NCBI GenBank assembly: GCA_951406725.2
Contig: OX597821.1
Location: forward strand, 57,722,001 to 57,786,000
DNA: 64,000 nucleotides
Reading direction: 5' to 3'
Origin: Octopus vulgaris
Lineage: Eukaryota
Position numbers and translations under genes: made by a program. Positions 26,822-40,262 of the stretch are shown here, one piece after another (positions within the stretch are counted from its first letter, which is position 1; every line of letters starts with the position of its first letter). Under the pieces are notes generated by a model that worked only from the letters and a program-made list of their open reading frames with translations, did no database searches and was not told where the DNA came from.

Positions 26822-27364
26822 GCAAGGTCACTGCTTTGCACAGCATTTCTTTGTTCTTAGAACTTGTTTTTTTTTTCTTTTGCAGGAATTTGACTTGTTG
26901 AAAGATATGAGAATTTATATCCAAACTTCTCTGTTCATATGGGAAGTGCAGTCATTCAATGACACATTCGTTACACGATTCACTTACCGAAGTTGTAATC
27001 TTATAAGCATAGACTGCGTAATTCAACAAAGATACGACAGTGATCCGCGAGTTTCGTCAGAAGTAATTTTTTCAAATTCTTTCAACTGTGGTCTGATAAA
27101 CGGTAAATAATGTTCCTTTGTTGTATTTGAGTAAATAGCATATAATTCCATCATATAATTCATGTCGTAACGAGATGCCATTTAAAGATGCAGTTTTAAT
27201 ACATTCCTCTGGCAAACAATTCTTTATCTGCATTTCCTTCTCGCTAGGCTTCTTGTGGAGTGAAAGAAGGAATAATTTTCAATGATCCCTCGCCATTATT
27301 AATTAATTTACATATGTCCATGTATGATTCCTTTCGCAACACTGTTCAGTGTAACCAGTTTAAA
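26822..27364 (-). pseudogene. hAT-like transposase fragment, left arm of an inverted duplication
   Basis: Reverse complement of 28162-28690, with scattered substitutions and small indels. Confidence 0.6.
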
Positions 27365-27644
27365 CAAAAAATCTGTGTAAGATGGTAATTCTTTAGAACC
27401 ATGGGAGCATAATTGGAGAGGGTGGCAAATATATTTTTATGAGTATCAAGGTTAGATTATTTAATTTCATTAATGTATATAGAAGATTATTGATGACACC
27501 CACAGAGGTTTGACGCTCGGTCAATCGCAGCAGCAAATCTCCCCTCCAATGTTTTGCTCTCTCTCTCTCTTACTCTTTCTGTACATACATATGTGTGTGT
27601 GTGTGTGTGTATCTAAACTTATAGGATTAAAAATTATATAAAAC

Positions 27645-28050
27645 TGTAGGAGTGGCTGTGTGGTAAGTAGCTTGCTTGCGAGCTACATCATTCTGGGTTC
27701 AGTCCCTCTACGTGGCACCTTGGGCAAGTGTCTTCTACTACAACCTCGGGCCGACCAAAGCCTTGTGAGTGGATTTGGTAGACGGAAACTGAAAGGAGCC
27801 CGTCGTATATACGTATATGTATATATATGTGTGTCTCTGTGTTTGTGTGTCTGTGTTTGTCCCCCCCACCTTCGCTTGACAACCGATGCTGGTGTGTTTA
27901 CGTCCCGGTAACTTAGCAGTTCGGCAAAAGAGACCGATAGTACTAGGCTTACAAAGAATAAGTCCTGGGATCGATTTGCTCGACTAAAGGCGGTGCTCCA
28001 GCATGGCCGCAGTCAAATGACTGAAACAAGTAAAAGAGTAAAGAGAGTAT
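27645..28050 (+). mobile_element. Composite SINE copy in the spacer of the inverted duplication
   Basis: Collinear with 5437-5955. Confidence 0.85.
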
Positions 28051-28161
28051 TAAGCATTCTCTTTTGTCAATAACTCTTCTTCCGAAGCCTGAAATTCGGG
28101 GAGAGGGGAAGTAGATTGTATCGACCCTAGTGCTCAAGTGGTACATATTTTATCGACTTAT

Positions 28162-28690
28162 TTTAAGCTGGTTTCACTGAACAGTGTTGCGAAAGGAATC
28201 GTACATGGACATATGCAAATTAATTAATAATGGTGGGAAACCATTGAAAATTATTCACTCTTTCACTCCACAAGAAGCCTAGCGAGAATGAAATGCAGTG
28301 GAGTGTATTAAAATTGCATCTTTAAATGGCATCTCGTTACAAGAAGAATTATGTGATGGAATTATATGCTATTTACTCAAATACAACAAATGAACATTAT
28401 TTACCGTTTATCAGACCACAGTTGAAAGAATTTGAAAAAATTACTTCTGACGAAACTCGCGAATCACTGTCGTATCTTTGTTGAATTGCGCAGTTTATGC
28501 TTACAAGATTACAACTTCGGTAAGTGAATCGTGTAACGAATGTGTCATTGAATGACTGCACTTCCCATATGAACAGAGAAGTTTGGATATAAATTCTCAT
28601 AACTTTCAACAAGTCAAATTTCGTCAAAAGCCAAAAAAACAACTGCTAAGAACAAAAAAAAAAACACGCTGTGCAAAGTGGTAACCTAGC
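28162..28690 (+). pseudogene. hAT-like transposase fragment, right arm of an inverted duplication
   Basis: Plus-strand frames give LINNGGKPLKII..TRSLAR..LKLHL*MASRYKKNYVMELYAIYSNTTNEHYLPFIRPQLKEFEK, resembling the PLKI..TRWL..W..LKLHF..LYL.FL.P.L region of hAT-type transposases. Confidence 0.6.
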
Positions 28691-30067
28691 AAAAGATAAA
28701 AGGCAAAATCGGCCTCGTTGGAATTTTGTCCTGCATGTAAACGATTCTACCAGCCCGCTGCCTCATATCTTGTCGATAATAAGGCGATTTGAACCCCGCA
28801 CATACCAATAGTCGTGCAGAAGCATTACGGAAAATCAAGTTGCATTGTTATTGTCTTGAAATCAAAATATGCAAATGTTTTAGCAGCAAAAATGTGCAGT
28901 TTTAAATCTCCACAAAATTCGCATTTGTTTCACGATTAATTTGTCAAGCATTTAGATGGATGAATTTCGTCTGCTGACAACCAGCATATAAACTTATGTC
29001 GATACTTCTTTTAGTTGATATTCCCGGTGAGAATCAAGGTAGAAGAAACCTGAATAATTTTCATTCTCAAATTACTGCTTAAAGAATTCAAGTATATGTG
29101 TACATGTGTACGTACAGCTCTGTCTTTATTATTATATTCATGTATATACACATTCATATATATATGCATTCTCGCATAAGTTGGATATATACGAGTCTAT
29201 GACAACGTGTTTGTGTGTACATATTTTTCTGTATGTTTGAATGTGTATATGTATGTTTGTGTACGTATTTGTGTGTGTGTGTGTATTTGTATATTTGCTT
29301 GAATGTGAGTATGAAAACGTCATTGTGTAGTTGCATGTGTATGGATGTTTCTATACAGCTCTATAACCCTGCATATGTTTTCACTCATGGATTCGAAAAA
29401 AAAAATTAACGATAGAACAACATACAATGAAATTTCTCATATTTTCTACATTTTAAACAGTAACAATGCTTCCAGGGATGAACCAAGAATAAAAATGCTG
29501 TCACTTACTATGCTACAAATCTCTGTACATGTTGTTTTATACATGTTTTTAAATGAGAACAAAGTGGATTATATAAAACGTAAATAAGTTACATTTTTTT
29601 TATCAATTTCTCTTCAGTTTTTCTTTTCTCTATTGTACTTATATCGGAAATATTTCACGAATATTTTGTATTATCAAATGTATTGTACAATTAGAGAAAA
29701 AAAAACTGGTAGAGTGTTTAAAATGTAAAAGTACTCGATTAAACATTATACGGTATCCTGCTTCGTATGTCTATGCGACGAGTTTCATTTTGCGAAACTG
29801 AGTTAGAAATTAGCCCTCGCGACCACGGAGTTCCGTGTTCGATTTGATTGCCTGGCTTTTGGGGAAAATGTATACTGATTTAGCTTCGCGTTGATCAATG
29901 CCTGCTGTAATGAAATATGGCAAACAGAAATGGTTACGGAAGTCCATTGACAACGTGAATAAATACCAGGATAAAGAAGTAAGGTTGCAGTCTAATGACT
30001 AAAATAAGTAATATATATATTTTTAAACACACCATGAGATTTTTGGAAACTTGGTTAAAGGAAGAAA

Positions 30068-30146
<79 letters not shown>

Positions 30147-30659
30147 GAGGTGCTTTCTCTTACACACAAACACACAAAATTTTCAACATCCTACGATTAA
30201 TGACCGATGCCTGATGGGGATGAAAGCGCTCAAAAAATTAATTCTGACTACCTTCTTTATTAATATACACACATACATACATACATACATACATACATAC
30301 ATACATACATACATACATACATACATACATACATACATACATACATACATACATAATTTACAGTTCATACATACATACATACATACGTACATAATTTACA
30401 GTTTACATACATACATAGCCAGCCGAAATTGCAAAGATAATCTGAAACTCGACTGAAGATGGAAACCTCCAAATGATCCGTCCTTGTTTTCCTTGTATCG
30501 TCTGTCTGGATATTTTGTTTTCCTTTCTTTGTTTCACCTGTCTGGATGTTTTGCGTTCTTGTCCCATTTTTGTATTTTTTATATACATACATACATACAT
30601 ACATACATACATACATACATACATACATACATACATACGTACGTACATATATATGTATA

Positions 30660-30894
30660 TATATTCTTTTTATTCTTTTACTTGTTTCAGACATTTGATT
30701 GCGGCCATGCTGGAACATCGCCTTAAAGGGTTTTATTCGAAATAGACCACAGGACTTATTCTTTGTAAGCTTATTACATATTCTATCCGGCTCTTTTGCC
30801 GAACCCTTTAGTTACGGGGGCATAAACATACCTGCATCAGTTGTCAGGTCATGGCAGGGGAGGAAGACAAACACAGACACAGACACACACACAT

Positions 30895-30900
<6 letters not shown>
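30660..30900 (-). mobile_element. SINE 3' body, minus strand
   Basis: ttcttttacttgtttcag..atttgattgcggccatgctggaaca...; reverse complement of the dominant family. Confidence 0.75.
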
Positions 30901-30951
<51 letters not shown>

Positions 30952-31176
30952 CACATACATACATATATATACATACACATACATACATACATATATACAT
31001 ACAAATATATATATATATAATATGTATATATATACATACACATACATACATTCATATATATATATATATATATAAGGATAAAATCTATATAAGATTTATC
31101 GAGTAGCTAGCGTGGAAAACCAATTGAGGAAAAAATGAACACAAAGTATATAATTTATTTCTTTAAATATAAAATA

Positions 31177-31545
31177 CATTGTTATATCTTGGGCTATTAT
31201 TATAAGTAACGTCTGACGCGGTAATGGGACTCTAAAGTCAAACTACATCAATAAGCATACACAGGCACCGAAATCGAGGGAAAGAACAAAGAGTCCTATC
31301 ACAGCGTGAGGCGTTACTTATAGTAATAGCCGTTGATATAATAATATATCTACATTTAAGGGGGAAAATTAGCTGGCTTACGAACCACATGATTCCGGGT
31401 TCAGCCCCACTGCGTGGCACTTTAGGCAAGTGTCTTCTACTATAGCCTCGGGTCGACCAAACCCTTGTGAGTGGATTTGATAGACGGAAACTGAAGGAAG
31501 CCCGTCGTATAAATGTATATATATATATATGTATATATATATATG

Positions 31546-31628
<83 letters not shown>

Positions 31629-32274
31629 TCGTGTGTCTGTGTTTGTCCTCCCCCCCACCTTCGCTTGACAACCGATGCTGGTGTTTTTACGTCCCTGTAT
31701 CTTAGCGGTTCGGCAAAAAGGAATCGATAGCTTAAGTACTAGGCTTACAAAGAATAAGTCCTGGGGTCGATTTGCTCGACTACAGACGGTGCTCCAGCAT
31801 GGCCACAGTCACATGATTGAAGCAAGTAAAATGTAATTGGTTTTCCACGCTGGCTATTTGATAAATCATATATAGGTTTTATCCTTATATTAAAAAATTT
31901 AACCGGAATATATTCAGTGCTGAATTGTTCCGAATATACACGTGCAGCCGAGATGAACATGAGAAGCCTCGTTTCATGGATATATAAGTGTGAACATTTG
32001 TACACGCTCAGCTGGATGCGTTGTTGTTCGCTTGGTATGTAGAGATGTTTATATTTATATTTTCTGCTTTTATTGTACCGATGATTGGAGAGCATGTTGT
32101 ACATTCTGACCTTGAAATCATTAATGATATACGACTAAATCCTTTTTTTAAAGGAAATTCTATGTTCATTCCCACGATTTCGGTCCCTGTGTATATTTCT
32201 TGAAGTAGTTTGACTTTAGAGCTCCATTACAGCATGAGGCGTTACTTATAGTAATAGCCTCAGATATAATAATG
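31177..32274. mobile_element. Non-autonomous DNA element with ~110-bp TIRs and TA ends; SINE inserted at ~31370-31830
   Basis: 31177-31290 (cattgttatatcttgggctattattataagtaacgtctgacgcggtaatgggactctaaagtcaaactac...) is the inverse of 32162-32274. An extra right-end copy lies at 31292-31345. Confidence 0.7.
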
Positions 32275-32401
32275 TATATATATATATATATATAGGCAAA
32301 AACATTCGATTGTTTATATTCGAAATAAGTCGTTACTATTGTTAATAATATCTATGGTGAATATTTTTAATTGATATTATTAGCAGTAACATAGGCGATT
32401 T

Positions 32402-32548
32402 AAATTGGCACGAAGCGTTAGGATGTTGTATGCATCAACCTGTTTAGAAATAAGAGCTAAAGTCTCAGTTCAGTAGTTGAATTGAGACTTTACCTCTTAT
32501 TTCTAAGCAGGTTTACGCTTACAGCATCCTAATGCTTCGTGCTAATTT
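32402..32548 (+). other. 72-bp-arm hairpin with a 3-nt loop
   Basis: Arms 32402-32473 and 32477-32548 pair without indels. Read as + strand RNA there are 6 G-U pairs and 4 true mismatches. Confidence 0.85.
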
Positions 32549-35233
32549 TAAAGATATATATATATATATATATAAGAAGCCCGTCTTATATATATATATA
32601 TATTCCTTCCTTAAGTTCTCTCCGTGTGTATGTATATGTATTATATAAAATATATATACACACATACATACACGTATATATATTTATATACATACATACA
32701 TTCATGCAAGCATACATGCATACAAGCATAGATACATACATACATTCATACATGCATAAACTATTTTCTGTCTTCTGTTATATTCGAAGTCATCTATAAC
32801 AAAAATGCTAAACTCAGCATCAGAAAAATAAAAGGAATTGACATCAACAATTTAACATGAAGAATCTACATAACACTAAAAAGTTTGAATATGATACCAA
32901 ACAGTAGACTTTTTACATCAATTTGAAATGCGAATTAAATTTTGTCGAATTCTGTAACTGTCTATAACATATTGTTTTAACATATGACAGAGAAAGAAAA
33001 TTATGAATTTCCAAAGTTTGTTATATTTTTAGTTGAAATTTTATACAAAAGGTCAGAAACAATATATTTGGATTACTTTATGTAAATTGCTAAAATGACA
33101 GAAAATGAAAGTCAGCCACTAAGGAATAGAATAAAATTTCGTTCATTGAACACGCACGAAAAGTTATGCGATCATAGTCACGTTATAATACAGCGAAACC
33201 ATCAGATAATAATGAATATTGATATTACTGTTATTTAAAATTCGGTTGAAGTAATAAAAAGTACTTACCTCCCAGCTAGAATTTATTTTATCTCCCTCTT
33301 TTCTATAAGGAGTATTCTTGGCAATATAAATTTTGTTATCTATTTGAAATTCTACTTTTATAGTCAATCGATATTTCAAAAATTCGTTAAAAGAAAATAG
33401 CCTATCTGCCGCAAGACAACGACTAAAGTTTGACGTTGAAGAAATATCAATGTACTTATAACGCTTATACACTTGATATGCCGTACGTCTCCTTTGGCAG
33501 ATGTCTTCTACTAGGCCGACACATGCCTTGTGAGTGAATTTGGTAGATGAAAGATATATTTTGTGAGTCACACACACACACACTCCTATATATAGGGCTT
33601 TGTATATTTTACCCTAGTATCACTTTGATGGCATGCACTGCTCTCTCACTCAATAATAATAATAGTCGATAACATCGAACTGGTACTAGGCTGGTAGTAT
33701 ATTTTATCGACAGATGAAAGTTAAAGTTGGCGTCGGTTTGATTTGAACTCAGAATATAAAGGGCCAAAGCATTTTTGTCTTTGACGCTCCAACAATTCTT
33801 CTGAAGTTAGAAGTTTGTGACTAAGTATCAATTAATAATATCGAATACTGCATTCGATTAACACATTTATCGATCTGAGAAGGAGGAGAAATATAGTAGT
33901 CGTCGTCTCCAGTGGGACTTAAATTATTGATATAGCACTCTACTGCTTCTGTCAGCCATCCTTTTAACAATGTATAACTTTAATCATGATTTTCAGTAAT
34001 AATATTAAGAAGCAAAGCAACAACATTAAAACATCTTTTATCTATAAGGTTTAAATTAAACGAAAAACTTATAATTAAAATTGTCAGTAATTGAAAAGAT
34101 AATAAAACGTTGATGATGGCAACTTTTAAAAATAATTTTAAGAACACATCTCCAGGAAATATGCATTTGTTACCGAAATAGTGGAGCCAAGCTAGTGCTA
34201 TTATATTATATTAAAAGCGAGAATATATAAACAGGTTTCAATTAAAGACTTCCACCATTAGCGTTTCATATCTGCTTCAGGGTTTCGGAGAATGGTGAAG
34301 GTGCGGGGCCTAATGGTTAGGATGTTGCACACGTTTGCAGGGTTGTAGTTCCAAAATGCAGACCGTTTAGCACATTGAGTTCTTGAACAAAACACATCAT
34401 TTCATGTTGATCAAGTCTGCTCACTGTCAAATGAGTAACCCTGTGACGAACTGAAATCCCGTTCAGAAGGGCCGTTGTGATCTCGATCAGGAGGTTTCAA
34501 TGCGAGTTCATCATCATCATCATCATCATCAACATCAACTACAACACCAGGACAATACTGCCTCGAGTTCTCGGAATCATAAGTACCCGATTTCCATGGC
34601 GTAACAGTGACCGAGATTACATAATTCCATTTGAAAGTGACCCCATTCCATCACAAGGTTACTCTTTTACAGCTGAGTAAACTGGTGCAACGTGAAATGA
34701 AGGATTTTGCTCAAGAACGCAATTCACTGCCCGGCCTGTAATTAGAAACTACGACCTTGCAATCATCAGTGCAATACCCTAACCACTAGGCCAAACAAGA
34801 TCGCAGTTTCTAATCCTTTTCTGCTGCGTTATCATTCTGAACTTCTCTGTGGCCGTTATTTGACGGCTACAGGAAACAGCAGTAAAATCTCCCTCATGTT
34901 ACACACAACCTATTTAAAGTAGGATAATTTAGCCCTAGTAAAATTATGTCTGGATAAAAAAAGGGACGGGATGATTAAAACGGAAATATTTTTCGTCACA
35001 GGTCTTCTGGGTTAGGAACAACAATAGTTTTAAAAAAATTAAACAAACTAATGTAACCTCACCAGTTTCAATTCCTCGTGTTCTCTGTTTAAATATGGAA
35101 GGAAATTTACTTTACTTTTCATGTTTGATTAAATAATAACCAAACGTGTACTTCAATCGATATAATAGTATGTATCTACGCCCTACACAGCAAGTTGGCA
35201 GAAACGTTAGCACGCCGGGAGAAATGCTTAGCA

Positions 35234-35890
35234 GTATTTCGTCTGCCGCTACGTTCTGAGTTCAAATTCCGCCGAGGTCGACTTTGCCTTTCATCCTTTT
35301 GGGGTCGATAAATTAAGTACCAGTGACGCACTGGTGTCGATGTAATCGACTTAATCCGTTTGTCTATCCTTGTTTGTTCTCTTTGTGTTTTACCCCTTGT
35401 GGGTAGTAAAGAAATAGGTATTTCGTCTGTCTTTACGTTCTGAGTTCAAATTCCGCCGAGGTCGACTTTGCCTTTCATCCTTTTGGGGTCGATAAATTAA
35501 GTACCAGTGACGCACTGGTGTCGATGTAATCGACTTAATCCGTTTGTCTATCCTTGTTTGTTCTCTTTGTGTTTTACCCCTTGTGGGTAGTAAAGAAATA
35601 GGTATTTCGTCTGTCTTTACGTTCTGAGTTCAAATTCCGCCGAGGTCGACTTTACCTTTCATCCTTTCGGGGTCGATAAATTAAGTACCAGTGACGCACT
35701 GGTGTCGATGTAATCGACTTAATCCGTTTGTCTATCCTTGTTTGTTCTCTTTGTGTTTTACCCCTTGTGGGTAGTAAAGAAATAGGTATTTCGTCTGTCT
35801 TTACGTTCTGAGTTCAAATTCCGCCGAGGTCGACTTTGCCTTTCATCCTTTCGGGGTCGATAAATTAAGTACCAGTTATGCACTGGGGTC
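35234..35890 (+). repeat. Tandem array of a 184-bp SINE-derived unit (~3.5 copies)
   Basis: gtatttcgtctg... starts at 35234, 35418, 35602 and 35786. Units are almost identical and contain the B-box-like gagttcaaattcc. Confidence 0.95.
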
Positions 35891-36952
35891 GATCTTATCA
35901 ACTGCCCCACCTCCCAAAAAATTTCAGGCCTTGTGCCTTGTGCCGCACTCTAAATTGCAAGTTGGCAGAATCGTGAGCATGTCGGACGGAAAAAGTTAGT
36001 GGCAGTTTTTCCGGCCTTACGTTCTGAGTTCAAATTCCATCGAGGTCAGCTTTGTCTTTGAACCTTTCATGGTCGATAAAATAAGCTCCAGTCGAACACT
36101 GGGGCCGACGTAATCGATTTTCTCGCCCCTTCAAGATTGTTGACCTTGTGCCAAAAACTAAAAATGATTATCATAAAATGGAGAGCTGGCAGGAACATTA
36201 ACGCAACGGACAAAATACTTAGCGGCATTTCTTCTGGTTTTATATCAGTCGTGCACTAGGGTCGATGTAATCGACTAACCTCATCTAAATTTACATGTCC
36301 TCGGCCATAATTTAAAGCTATTATTAAAAACGTTTTCTGTTGTGGTAAATGCATTAAAACTTAAAGGTGTTGAATATTAATAATAATTGCCTCTTGTATT
36401 ATTGACACTTATCATATCAGCAGATTGTTCTAGATTAAAGAATTCCTTAGAGCAGAAGTTGTCGACCATTTTCTATCATTGGAACCTTTCGTATATACTT
36501 TTGTTCTAGTGGACCTTACCTCTATTTGATGTCTAAAATCTAGTTTTATAGATACTTCATTCAAAATTCCTATTTTGTTTTTCACCCATGAACTTGTGTA
36601 GCTTGAACTGTGTAAAATGAAAGAAAAAGAAACCCAGCTGTTTCTTGCAATACATCAATACATACCAATGCATACATCTAAGCAAAATTTTTTCGGGAGC
36701 CCTTAAAATAATATTGTGGATCCCTAATTTACTATTTTCTTGCATGGACCCCCACCTCCACTAAATCTTATATGGACCCTCGGGGGCCATATGGACTTTC
36801 AAGGGCCATATGAGCCCTCAGGGGTTACGTAGGGTTATATTAACCACAAGATACTTTTTTTTAAGATAGCAAAGTGAGATCTGAGGAGACTTTAGCTGCT
36901 TTTTCTAGTTAGTTCAGCAACCGTGAGGTGGATCTTTCGTTGGCTTGTTTTG

Positions 36953-36959
<7 letters not shown>

Positions 36960-36990
<31 letters not shown>

Positions 36991-37450
36991 TTGTGTGTCT
37001 GTGTTTGTCCCCCACCATCGCTTGGCAACCGATGTTGGTGTGTTTACGTCCCCGTTACTTAGCGGTTCGGCAAAAGACAACCGATAGAATAAACGATAGG
37101 CTCACAAAGAATAATTTGTGGGGGTCGATTTGTTCGACTAAAGACGGTGCTCCAGCGTGGTCACAGTCAAATAACTGAAACAAATAAAAGACAAGTGAAG
37201 AGGGGAACAGTGAACTGGACAGAGGCTTATCCTTTATTTTTCTCATTTTTGCTTGTTTCAGTCATTGGACTACGTCCATGCTGGGGCAGTACCTTGACGA
37301 GTTTAGTCAAACGAATCGACCCAGTGCTTATTTTCTTTTAGTCTAGTACTCATTTTGTCGGTGTCCTTGTCGAACTGCTATGTTACGGGAGCATGAGCAA
37401 GGCAGCATTGGTTGCCGAATGATGGGGGCGACAAGCACAGACAGACACGC
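36960..37450. mobile_element. Two SINE bodies tail-to-tail
   Basis: Plus copy at ~36975-37190 and minus copy at ~37245-37450, about 55 bp apart. Confidence 0.7.
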
Positions 37451-37905
37451 ACAGGCACACACACATGCATACATACATACATATATACATACACACACAT
37501 ACATAAATACATACACACACACACACACACATATATATATAGTGAAGGTGCGTGGCTTAGTGGTTAGGGTATTCGGCTCACCATCGTAAGGTCGTGAGTT
37601 CAATTCCTGGAAACGCGTTGTGTCGTTCAGTTGTCTCAGCTGGCAAAAATGAGTAGTACCTGAATTTCAAAGGGTGAGCTTTGTCAGATTCAGTGTCACT
37701 CTGAATCTCCCTGAGAACCACGTTAAGGACACATATGTTTGTGGAGTGCTCAGCCACTTGCCAACTCACTGGTAGAATACCAATAAATACTTTATTATTA
37801 TTTCCCTCTTTAGCTTTGGGCCACAGGTCCAATTAGTCCTCCGCAGTAGATATCTTAAAATTCCGCACGGAGTTCAGATTTTAAACTAGAACAGTATGTG
37901 TGTGA

Positions 37906-37945
<40 letters not shown>

Positions 37946-38018
37946 ATGCGTGTGTGTGTGTATGTATATGTATACATACATATATATATGTATGTATGTA
38001 TAAATGTATATGTATACA

Positions 38019-38070
<52 letters not shown>

Positions 38071-38897
38071 TTATATACATATATAGACGACAGGATTCCA
38101 TAGAGTTTCCGTCAACCAAACTCAATCGCAAGATATTGGTTGGCTCGTGTCTACAGCAGAAGACACTAGTTCTAAGAGCTGTGCAGTGGGACTGAACTCG
38201 AAACCATGTGGTTGCAAAGAGAGTTTCTTAGCAGCACGCGTAAAAATAAATTAGTAACACAGAATTAGCAAAACAATTTTGCAACACAAAATTTTGCGTC
38301 GTTCATATTTTACTGCAGCGAAGCAGTTATTTGAACTGAGTTACGATAAAACTAATAACTATGATTCGGAAGAGAGGAACAAAAGAAAAGGAAGAAATAA
38401 ACTTATTACAGTGAATTAAAGTAGTTTCTTATGGATGATAAATCAGCTTTTGGCATCAAAACAATAGAAAATTCGAATAGAATACCGACTGAGTAATGTG
38501 GTCCGTTACATTGTGAAATTGTTAAAACCGCAAATTAACTATAAGCAAAGATAAGTATATATTATTATTTTCGTTTCTATGAACGTTTTGAGTCTTTCTC
38601 TGAGAGAATAACTTACTAGCATACTTAAATACAGTCTGCTTCACTTACCACGATTATTATAATCCTATATTAGTGTAATACTTTATTCTTAGTATTATCT
38701 GATGCTCTATTCATAAAACATAACATGCGTCTGCAACCAAAAATTACTTCTACGAATCACAATTTGCCTCGGTTGTATTAGCTGCGAAGTAAATGCTTTA
38801 AGATCTATAAAAGAGCTTAGATATGTTTTCTTACACCTGTTCAGTTGTATGATGAGACGACAGAAAGAGTATATTGGAAATGCCTTGGGTAGTGGAG

Positions 38898-39138
38898 TAC
38901 AGTAAGCTTCCGCCATATCGCGGTTCAACTATCGCGGTTTACCTATCGCCGTTTATTATTTAAGCTTACGTCGTTTCCTCTGTGGTCTTGTTTTTGTATT
39001 TATAATAAAATGAATATATACAAATTATGAAAATAAAAAAAAATTTACAGTACAGTACTGTTTCTACTTCGCGGATGTTCGCCTATCGCAGGGTGGTTTT
39101 GGAACGTAACACCTGCGACAGTCGAGGGATTATCGTAT
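38898..39138. mobile_element. Tigger/pogo-like MITE
   Basis: Decayed TIRs tacagtaagcttccgccatatcgcgg ... cctgcgacagtcgagggattatcgta, with internal tatcgc repeats. Confidence 0.55.
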
Positions 39139-40223
39139 TCAGCGTTTTGGACAGAGTCGTCCTTCACGGTAAATATGACGGAAGGAAAATAAAAGAGAAC
39201 AGAGTTTTACATGTTTTTTTTTTTTAAATGGTTGCAATTGATGGAGAACGCTTATGTAAACAGGAGAAAGAGAGAGAGAAGGAAAGAGAAATGAGAAGAG
39301 GAAGCGAAGTAAACATGACTGAAGTGGAGGGAAAAAACTAAGATGGAAGGAGAGCCAAAGGATAAAAGTAAGAATGTTGAAATAAGACGTGGGGGAGTAA
39401 ATGGAAGATTAAGCATTTATGTACCGTAGGTGCATCGACTGAGGGATCATTACAATGGCCGGTTTCTCTTTCTTTTCTTGCTATCTCAGTGAGCACTTGT
39501 GTGTGTGTTTGTTCTGAATTATGTTTAGTGAGATTTTTTATGACATGTTTACATTTTCCGTAGCCAGAGTTAATTTTGCTCATGTATTACATTCTTCACA
39601 TGGTTAAATAATTTTCATTTTACTCAGTTTCATGTTTGTTACATTTACTGCGCTAGATTTCGTTCTGTATTTTCCCATGCTCTCTAGTTCAGCCCACAAA
39701 ACTTTCATATATGTGTATGTTACTGACTAGCGTTTATCTTATTTTAATACTTCATTTTAAATGCTTCTTTTCAGAATATAAAAGTGAAAGCTCTTCTGAG
39801 TAAAGATTTTATAACTGAAATTTTATATCAATTTGGACAGTCACGCATGTTTATAAAGCTGCGAGTATAGGCATTTATTAGTGCTTCTCGTAATATCGAT
39901 CTAATAGAGGAGCTGCAACCTATCTTTACAATTACATCTAAAATTGTATTTTTTAATCGCCTGGATTTTTAACTTAAGCTATTTGGATATTAAAATGAAG
40001 AATAAGTTTGTTTTGCAATTTGCTTTATAATGCATATATACATACATACATACATACATACAGACATACAGACAGACAGACAGACAGACAGACAGATACA
40101 TACATACATACATAAAGATATACATACGCATAAATACATATATATTTTTATGAACTTATGAACAGAAGTATATCATAGATTTTCATTGTACAAAATCATA
40201 TTTATGATGCTAACTATAAATGT

Positions 40224-40262
<39 letters not shown>

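Noticed and set aside
26880-27110. Duplicated ORF pair (26880 + and 28397 -) as paralogous genes
   Set aside because: These are the antisense frames of the inverted hAT-like fragment.
33269-33405. Possible minus-strand exon ending in GAG|GTAAGT
   Set aside because: The donor is strong, but the translation resembles nothing I recognise and the acceptor is uncertain. It could be a UTR exon, but I cannot support it.
35234-35890. CRISPR-like array
   Set aside because: Whole units are repeated with no unique spacers, and the sequence is eukaryotic SINE.
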